DNA of 64,000 bases, taken from positions 248,001 to 312,000 of the forward strand of contig NOWV01000014.1 of the NCBI GenBank assembly GCA_003344405.1, written 5' to 3'. This DNA comes from Trichoplax sp. H2. Lineage: Eukaryota. The position numbers were made by a program, and so were the translations under genes. Below, piece after piece: positions 55,231 through 64,000 of this stretch. Each line of letters begins with the position of its first letter. Within the stretch, counting starts at the first letter, position 1. Below the pieces are notes generated by a model, which saw nothing but the letters and a program-made list of their open reading frames with translations, ran no database searches and was not told where the DNA came from.

Positions 55231-57779
55231 TCAAATGCTAATAGAAGAAGTCGGAGACAATGTCTGTATGACATGTGGTAGTTTAGTAGTTAAGCCAAAA
55301 TTTGGGCAAACAGAGGGACAAGTGAAGACTAATTCTTCTGTAGTTTTTGTTAAAGTTTCAATCAATGGTGGACAGCTAATGACAGTTCTTGAAATTGTAG
55401 TAGTGGTATAAACTGTTTTCGTTGAATGAATACAGATACTTGACAAACTTTCAAGTGGCTCAGTAGATAAACTTTCCAATTCGATAAAACTAGAAGTCGA
55501 AAGAATATCTGACTTAACTGAGCTAGTAACAACAGTAGTAACAATTTCTGGTACAGATGTTTCGGTACTAGTAAGAAATTCTTCACTTTCCTCTGAGGAA
55601 AAGACTAAAGATTCAGATTCGCTTTCTAAAATACTTGATATTTCACTTGAAAGAACGGATGTACTTTGCACAACATTGGAACTGCTTACGCTGCTTCTTG
55701 TACCAATAGAAGATGATGAAACAACGCTTGTCGTCTCAATTATGCTCGAGATTTGACTAGTTATTTCTGATGAAACAACGCTTATCGTTTCAATTGTGCT
55801 CGAGACTTCACTAGTTATTTCTTGACTTGATGAAACGGCCGTTGTTGATTCTATTTCTTCAGAAGAACTTTCTACCTCAGAAGAACTTTCTATCTCAGAA
55901 GAGATTTCACTACTGACAAATTCAAATGATGATATTTCGCTTTCTTCGACGATCGTGGTAGAAGGTTCGATAAATTCGCTTGATTCAACACTAGTAGTAA
56001 TTTCCACCGGAGTTGAAGATATAACCAGTGATTCCACTCTAGTAGTCGTCATCCTTCTGCTTGATACCGTAGAAACTGATCTGCTAAATATGAAAGTCGA
56101 GGTAGACGATGATGTCGGTACGCTAGAGGTTTCTGGTACGCTAGATGATGTTATAATACTTGAAATAACGCTTGAACTTTCTATGGAACTTGTAATCTCT
56201 ACTCAATGATAATAAAAAAATGAATGTAAACTCATTCTACATATTCGTAAATTAGGCGCGCATATGATACTATTTACTGAGTATTCATACTATCCATCAA
56301 GGCAAAATCTTTACATTATCACAAATAACTACAAAAAAAGCGTAGACAAAAATACAATCCATTATTTACCATCTTCTCGACTTGATATCGGTTGAACGAC
56401 AGAAGTAGTACTTGGCTGTGGAATGATAGACGATGTTTCCTTATCACATTCAATTTTCTTATACCATGATTGACAGTTCTTCAAGGTTTCTATTACGGAG
56501 AATATTAGAATGTCATTGCATCCGAGATGTTTATTCTAAGGATAATCTAGGAAAGACTTGAATATAAAACTTACTTCTTGATCCAAGATAAACCTTGCAT
56601 ATTTCATGCCAATTTAATTTACGATACCATACAGCAACTTGGCTAAATTTAGCATTTGTCGTTGTTTTATGGTGAATCGATCGCCCAAGTAAAAATTTAG
56701 TAAAATTATAATGCGATGGAGCGTAATGGTATCGGCTAACTTCACATTCTTTTGTGTTCACAAAAAGACGAAATTTTTTAAGTCCGTTAAAAGTAAAAAG
56801 AACATGAGCCCATTTGCCTATAATTCTAGACGGAATCGTGGAGTAGTAGATAAAATTGCCAACGGAAGCAATAAAGTAGGGGTGTTTGCCGGAAAATAGT
56901 GCGATTCTAAAAAAATCTTTTAATCCGCCAGCACTAACATAATAACCATCATTATGATAACCATATCGTGCGATCATCTTGATCCATAAACTGACGGTTA
57001 AACCGTTAGTACAAAGTGATAAATTTCCTAAACATTCATTGGTATATTCACCAAGATGCACCCAGCTTTGGCCATCTGTACCAATACCACCCGGTTGAGG
57101 AGGGCATGGCCATAAAACAGCAGCATAGTGTTTAGCTGTACCATCATATTGACCGCAGACATTCTCAACTGTTTTACCGTTCTTCAATTTACTTAACGGC
57201 CAAAATTCGTCGGCTCCACAAAACCAATTTTCTATTGATTTCAAAGTAGAATTCAGTTTAAAACCAGTTAGAAATATAATTTACTGTCGTTTTTAATTAG
57301 TATACTGTATAGTCTGCCAAAAAGATTACTTCAGTTTTTATTAAAGTAAATCTATTGTTAGATCCTATATTATTATTAACTTTGGACAAAAAAATTGAAA
57401 GAATGCGGAGATACAAAAGAAATACAGTTAGAGATCTACCTTGCTATTAAAAAGTACAGAACTTACTTTTACCCTTGTGGTGATGATAATAATCATCATA
57501 AACCCAGCCTGGAGGATATGAATCGTATGACCAATGCGAATTGTGATGATAACCGCCATAGCCATGCCCGCCCTGATGATCATATTGATCATTGCCGTGG
57601 CCATATCCTGCCTGACATAGCAAACTCGAACCTAAAATTATAACAAGCTTGATAGAGATATAAAGATTGTCAATATCGCAATCGATTATAGTGAATAAAT
57701 CAGAAATATTAGTCGCTATTTAAAATGAAATTGAGATTTAAAAATTACGAAAACTTACAATTGAAGCTATTTTCAGCAT
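55231..57779 (-). CDS. Secreted protein of about 648 aa: signal peptide, G/Y/H-rich segment, LamG/pentraxin (ConA-like) domain, Ser/Thr/Glu-rich mucin-like region and Cys-containing tail
   Basis: Exons 57759-57779, 57467-57647, 56575-57231, 56370-56489 and 55231-56198 total 1947 nt with all phases consistent. The start context is ACCACCATG and the signal peptide is MLKIASILVIILGSSLLCQA. LamG-like motifs are CLGNLSLCTNGLTVSLWIK, GKWAHVLFTF, FRLFVN and FSQVAVWYRKL. No transmembrane segment is seen. Confidence 0.8.
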
Positions 57780-59986
57780 GGTGGTTGGTATTTGCCGAGA
57801 AATATCTGCAGCGATAGAGGCTGTTATTATATCAGCGATCGGCGAAAAAGAAGGCTGGTTTGCTGTTCTCACGCGTTTAAATCTACTCCTTGAGGGCTTC
57901 ACAGTACTTTATTTGATTTTGAATCCGTCAACTTTACAGTCAACATCGTGCGAGATTTTATCCTATTATAGACGGTATAGTCCGTCCTGTGACTGATTCA
58001 TTCTTGAGGTAAAATTTTTAGGACACCTTCAAGATGAAAGTTAAAGTTGAAAAAGATAAAAATATTTTTAGTAGGTAAGATATCGTTGAACTTTTCATCA
58101 CTATTCGATAAAAGAAACTTTAAGCTAGCTGTGATTGCGTTCATTTCCTCAATCATGGATTACCGCGCCATTTAAATGAAACTTTTTGATAGCTTTTAAA
58201 CGAAAAAATTATTGTCGTTCTAAATAATATCGCTATTACCTAATATGTGAGTATCATTTAGGCAATAAAAATGCCCTATCAAAGCGTGTCAATTATAAAA
58301 AATACTTACGTCATAAAATCAACAAATCAATACATAAACGCAAATAACCAAAGCTGTCACAAAGTATCCTTATTTGCCGGATTAGGAGGTAAGCAAGCAA
58401 CCGTAAGCTGAGGCTTTGCCAAACCTTTATAAGCAAAATTATCACGTGGAATAGGAGTGATATGCCAAAAATTAATACAGTTCGATCAATAATATCCCGT
58501 GCATAATACCCAGATTTCATCACGCTTTCATAACTTCGTGATTCTGCTCTCTGACGTCGTCTTAGTTGTTACGCAAAAGATCTCGTCAATGCAGGATAAG
58601 ATAGAAGTAACCTTACGGTGGTGCTATATTTTGAATTTATAACTGGATAGTAAATATTGAACATGGCAAGCCTGGACTAAATTTAAACGCCTTCAAAATG
58701 ATGATCTTAGATCAATAGCAGGATATAGGAAGGCAGATAATGTATGTGCACTACAATGATCCATTTCACTGCAATAATTGCCCAACGCGCATTAAAACAA
58801 AATATAGTTTGTGTTGAATTCTTTATTGCTCACGTAAGGAATCTAGACCACCTCAACGAATGAAACAAACACCCCCAAAAATCTTACAAAGGTAGTAAAG
58901 ATTATATCTGTTCCGTAAGATCTTATTCACTCCCCAGAAATTTCGGTTCATGAGCCGTTGAAATATGGGTGGGTAGCAAAGCTACACTGCATCCGATGCT
59001 CGTTACTGAAAAGCCATTTTTTGTATGCACCTAAAGCTATTTTTAATACTGAATACTGGTTAGATAAGAAATTAATACTATTCTTTAGAAAGTTGTTCAT
59101 TTTGGTGGTAATACTCACTATAGTCATGCTCACTATATATAGATAATTAAACTTGTTAAAGTCAGAATGTGTTATAGTTTAGTAATGATGAGATTCAGAT
59201 TCGAAAGGGTGCGGCTACTTTGCATACTTGTAAAATGCGCGAATATGTAAACGACAGCAACATGCATACATAAAGACTTACATCTAGCTGTAACACGAGA
59301 ATCATTTGTAATCATCTGTCGAACTACTTTTAGATTCCACTTATTCGTAAGAAAAGCAGAGAATGCAGCACCTGATCCTCGTATTAAACATTATTTTATA
59401 ACGGCTACTGTAAATTGAACATGAATTGCCATGTGTGCAATTGGCACCAAACTTCAGAAATACTTGATCATTATTTTTTTATTTCTATATGTTGAAAAAC
59501 TGAATCGATTATTCGTTTGTTTACTTCAACTGAGTTATCAATACTAGAAGTCCATGACTACTATAAGATTAAGGATATCAAGTCTTAAACATACTTATCA
59601 ATATGCAATATCTTCAGTGGATGTTGCTTGCGGATAGTTTAAACTACCTCGTTTAAATAAATCCAAACAACGAATTATCTACTTATTGTAGACTATTAAC
59701 GACTTCATTTTGGCCTAATGCGGTCACTATAATTTGACTCTTCAAGTTTAAATCCTTGGTGAATATTGCTCATTTCAAAGCATAAGAAATACGAGTTATT
59801 AATTTATTAAATCAATTTCCAATCGGATTATCGCGGTAAAACACTAAAAAGCGCTTTAGTCATACGGCTGCATTTCGTCCGCCAGAATAGTTAGGATAAA
59901 ATGTGTAAAATAGATGTCGTACCACTTCTAGATATTATACTTCAATCAAGGCTCAAGTTGACGACATCTGTTTTACCATCTAGGTG

Positions 59987-60157
59987 TACAGTACTTTACT
60001 GTATTATGAACTAACATTGGTATTGTACTGTACAATGTACAGTGTACAGTACAGTACGAGTACAGCTTTGTACTGTACACTGTAGTGTACGCGTACTGCC
60101 ACTAGACCAGAAAGGTTTGGTTCGGTTCAACACCTTTGTGATCAGTCTGCTACTGTA
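59987..60157. promoter_or_regulatory. Dense TAC(A/T)GTA cluster upstream of CCDC40
   Basis: Seven exact copies start at 59987, 59997, 60026, 60045, 60050, 60071 and 60151. Confidence 0.55.
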
Positions 60158-60205
60158 GCGATTAATGGCTCAGTTGGATGAAACTGGAAAAGGATATGAT
60201 GATCC

Positions 60206-60219
60206 GTTGTCATAGCTAC
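60206..60219. promoter_or_regulatory. RFX X-box-like motif upstream of CCDC40
   Basis: GTTGTC-AT-AGCTAC, about 300 bp upstream of the ATG. Confidence 0.55.
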
Positions 60220-60516
60220 GTCGATAATATCTTCACTAGCTATCGACCCGGTGCTGTCGGCACTCTGGACTTGGCCTGAGTCAACTACATATTCCTTTAC
60301 TTTTCAAATAGACTAGCATATACGTCACATATTGGAAGGCTATTACCGTCAATTTAACTGACTGTGAGTAGAAATTGGTATAACTGGAGCTGTTATTTTC
60401 AATCCATCGACTAGAAATTGTTGCTGTAGAAGATTGAAAACGATCAATTTCCATTCAATTAGAGTAGCAATACTGTAGAATTTCTATCATCAGATTGGAT
60501 TGCCTAGTGATTTATT

Positions 60517-63500
60517 ATGGCTGATAACCGAGTCCAAAGTGATCCAAATGAATACGATGAGAATTTAAATCAGGGTAACGGTAATCTCGATAATCAATAT
60601 GGAGATGATCCTGTCATAACCAATGAAGATAATGCTGATGCAGAGGAGTATCATCAATTTGATCCAAATACTGTCCTTACGGATAATCACACTATCGATG
60701 AAGATGAAGAATCAATCAATGATGATAATGAAAATGACGACGGTGTTGATTTTGCTAATAAATCTAGCAAGCCAAGTAGTGCAGAATTAGTGGAATATCA
60801 ACCATCCAGAGATGACGAAGACTTAGAGGAAGATGATAACATCGATGATGACGATTTAGACGATCAGAGTGAAATGATTGTGTTAGATCCTGATCATGTA
60901 AGTAGTAAAAGTACCAGTGTACAGTATTAAAAGGAACATTCTACATAACTTATATTAAATCTCCGTGGTATACAATTCTAGCCTCTCATGAAAAGGTTCC
61001 AAGCTGCTTTGAGGAAGCAATTAACAAAGCAATACGAAAAAGTCAATCTTGAACTAAGAGAAATGGTAAGTTTTGATAAACATTGTTAGAACTAGCAGCT
61101 AAATTAAAAAATCTTCTTTTCCCTTTTATGAATATTGTATTTCTACAAGTTAACTATTAACAGTTGGACACTATCATGATGGTGCTACTAAAGAATTTGC
61201 ATTGTTATAATTTATAATAATGTACCTAGTGGCATAACGATTCTGTCTTATGAATGTTACATTAAATAGCAAGAAACGGTCAAAAAGAAGAAATTACAAC
61301 GCGAAGAATTAGGTGTTTCACTATACAATTTACAACAAGAGTTGGCAAAACAACAAACCTCATTAGAGAAAGAGCATGACGACTTTAATCAGCTATACAA
61401 AAATAGACAAGCGTCCGAGACTGATCTTAATGAAACTAGACAACAATATAAACAGCTAGTCGATAAACTGGATCAGTTAATTCAAAAGCGTAAGTAATTT
61501 ATTATAAATAACTTAATTACCTGATATCTGATGATACATAACTCAATTTATTCCATAATTTTTACTGAACATCTTTACTACCGTATAATTAAAATGATCT
61601 ATTTTAGGAGATCAATTGCAAAGTGAGATGGAGAAAACTGCAGCACAACTAACTTACATGGAGAATGCTAAACGCGATATCAAATCCGATATCGCCGTAA
61701 TGAGGCGAGCAGCAGAAAAAGCCAATGAAGAAATCAGTAAGGCAGAAGAAGAAAAGCAGCAACAAGTAAATTATGAAATTTAGAAATTTAGTAATTCAGT
61801 AACAGAATCAGACGTATTAAGTTAACAATTTCTTTTTATTACGTGATTAGGATTTATTTATTAATCGGATTACTGAAGTTATACAAAAACAAGAAGAGAA
61901 AATTAGACTATATGAAGCTCAATGTAAAGCACAAACAGAGGAAACAAAAGCTGCTCGTACTTTAGTTTCTGATGCAACAACTGAAATTGAGGTAACTAGT
62001 ACACATAAGGAAGAAGAGTTATCACTGTAACGAACACAACTTTACTGTCAAAGTATCTTTATCTTAATAACTTAAAAATCAATTATTAATTTCAGTCGAT
62101 CAACTTTGAAAAAAAACAACTGATGCAACAGTGGAACAGTAGCTTAATTGGGTTAAGAAGAAGGGATGAAGCGTTGGCTGGGCTTCGTAAAGCAATCGAG
62201 TAAGCTATAATTGAAAGTTACATCGATAGATGGAAATAAAATTGAAAAGTTTCAATCATTCTAATAATAATACATTAGTTTTCGTTAACTAATTGCATTT
62301 TATATAAACTAATCCAACTATTCTTTATTTATAACTTGACACAAACTTATAGCCTACAACAACAACAATTACTTGCTTACGATACTGAAATTGCTGTAAC
62401 GAAAAAATCAATTGAAAAAGAGCAGAAACAGAATGAAGGGTTAACGTTAATAAATAATAAGAACGAAGCTGAGCTAATCTTAGTCAAGAAACAAATTACA
62501 ACTAGTCAGCAAAAATTAGACTCGGTTAAAATTGATTACAGCAAAATGAATAGAACACTGCGTGAAATAGAGCAACACTTAAATAAAGTTACTGCGGTAA
62601 GTTAACTGCCTCAAAGTCCTCTTTTAAGGATTAATGTAAATTGATAATGCTGAATCGCTCATTTTAATAGTAAATTTAATAAGTTAATCACTAAAATTTC
62701 AATGTAAACGTTACTAACGTATAAAATGTCACCTTTACTTCGAAAATATTTCTTGCAATAATACTAAACTTACTTTATGTTGGAATGTCATACCATTTTT
62801 AGGATGTAGTATTAAAGAATAATGACTTAATCGCATTAAGAAAGAATATTGAGCGAGTCTATGATGACAAAGTGAAATTGCAAAGTGCAATTGAAAAGGA
62901 ATTATACTCGCGGCAGACCATTGATAAAGCTTCAAAATATTCCAAAAAAGTTACCAGTAAAATAAGGCAAACTTTGATGTCTAAGGTATATTTTTTATAA
63001 GCCATATACTTATAACATCAGTAATTATTTAGAATTACGAGTACATAAATTTTTATACTTTTAGATCTTAATATAGTAAGAAGCAAATCACGATAATTCA
63101 TTTTTATTAAATAAGTATTCATACATCTGATAGATTTATCAATTTTATATTAGTATCTATATCATTATTCACTACTCAAAACTATGAAACAAAAAGCTAT
63201 ACTTTTGCTGCAGTATGATGACAAATTTTTGCTATATCTTCACAAATTTTCCTATAGGAAAATGAAGTTGCTGCTATCGAAAATGAAATCAGTCATACTG
63301 TATTATCTACAGCTCAATGTAAGAATCGTCTTGAAAAATCAAATCAACAATTAGATCAGTACAACCAAGAAATACGTGAAAAGAATAAATTGATTGGTAA
63401 ATATGAAAGTTCAGTTAATGGTAGTAATGCCACCATTGAAAAGAAGCAAACTCAAATTGATCAATTAAATAAAAAAATTGAAAAGATATTAAGCAGCCGT

Positions 63501-64000
63501 GAAGGTGGTGGTGAGGAATTAGGCCCGCTGGAGATTCAAATTAAGACATTATTAAAACAAATTGAAAGCTTACATCAAGAGAATGAACAACTGAAACAAT
63601 TCTGGTTACGTGGGCAAAATGAATTAGTAAAACATACTAAAGAGCGCGAAGAGCAAGGGGATGGTGTTGAATCACTAAAAAAACAATTTACAGTATTAAA
63701 TCAGAAGAAATTAAGAATTGAGAATCAAATTCAAAGTGAAGAGAAAGAAATTGCTGAAGTCTCTCATAGCACACGCAATTTACGCAATGAAATGATTAAA
63801 TTAAATATGTTAATATCCAAAAAAAATAACCAACGTGAAGATATGGAACAAAGCAACATTCTAATGGAAAGTGAATTTATCAAAGCATTAAAAGAAGCAG
63901 AGATAGCATCTATGGAAATGGATAATAATTTGCAAATGTTAAATGAAGAAAAGGAGCGTTTATTAAGTAGTCTTGTTGAAGCTGAGCGACAAATTATGCT
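60517..64000 (+). CDS. CCDC40: Coiled-coil domain-containing protein 40 (axonemal 96-nm ruler); 5' part only, continues beyond the window
   Basis: An acidic N-terminus leads to MIVLDPDH|PLMKRFQAALRKQL, REELGVSLYNLQQELAKQQ, IKSDIAVMRRAAEKA, QQWNSSLIGLRRRDEA, ELGPLEIQI and LKQFWLRGQNELV, which match CCDC40 as I recall it. Confidence 0.95.

Noticed and set aside
55955-57996. Plus-strand ORFs 55955-56209, 56711-56899, 57395-57643 and 57778-57996
   Set aside because: They are antisense shadows of the LamG-mucin gene exons and its 5' region.

Overview
Compact, AT-rich (roughly one third GC), intron-dense animal genomic DNA. Short GT-AG introns and tight gene packing suggest an early-branching metazoan such as a placozoan; this is an inference and the species cannot be proven from the window. 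Eight spliced protein-coding genes can be reconstructed by hand: CNOT3 (-), CEP131/AZI1 (+), an ATF7IP/MCAF/Windei-like gene (+), DDX47 (-), peflin PEF1 (+), UBE2O (-), an unnamed secreted protein (-) and the 5' part of CCDC40 (+). The secreted protein has a signal peptide, a Gly/Tyr/His-rich peptide ending in GKK, a LamG/pentraxin-like domain and a Ser/Thr/Glu mucin-like tail. Non-coding structure includes five unrelated tandem arrays with 130-270 bp units, all near gene 5' ends, dense TAC(A/T)GTA clusters in the putative promoters, RFX X-box-like sites before both ciliary genes, a TTAA-flanked piggyBac-like mini-element candidate and a perfect 76-bp palindrome. No rRNA, tRNA, CRISPR array or autonomous transposon was recognised. 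The best candidate for an undescribed system is the His/Tyr/Gly-peptide + LamG + mucin secreted protein. The promoter heptamer and the deep synteny with one vertebrate paralogon come next.
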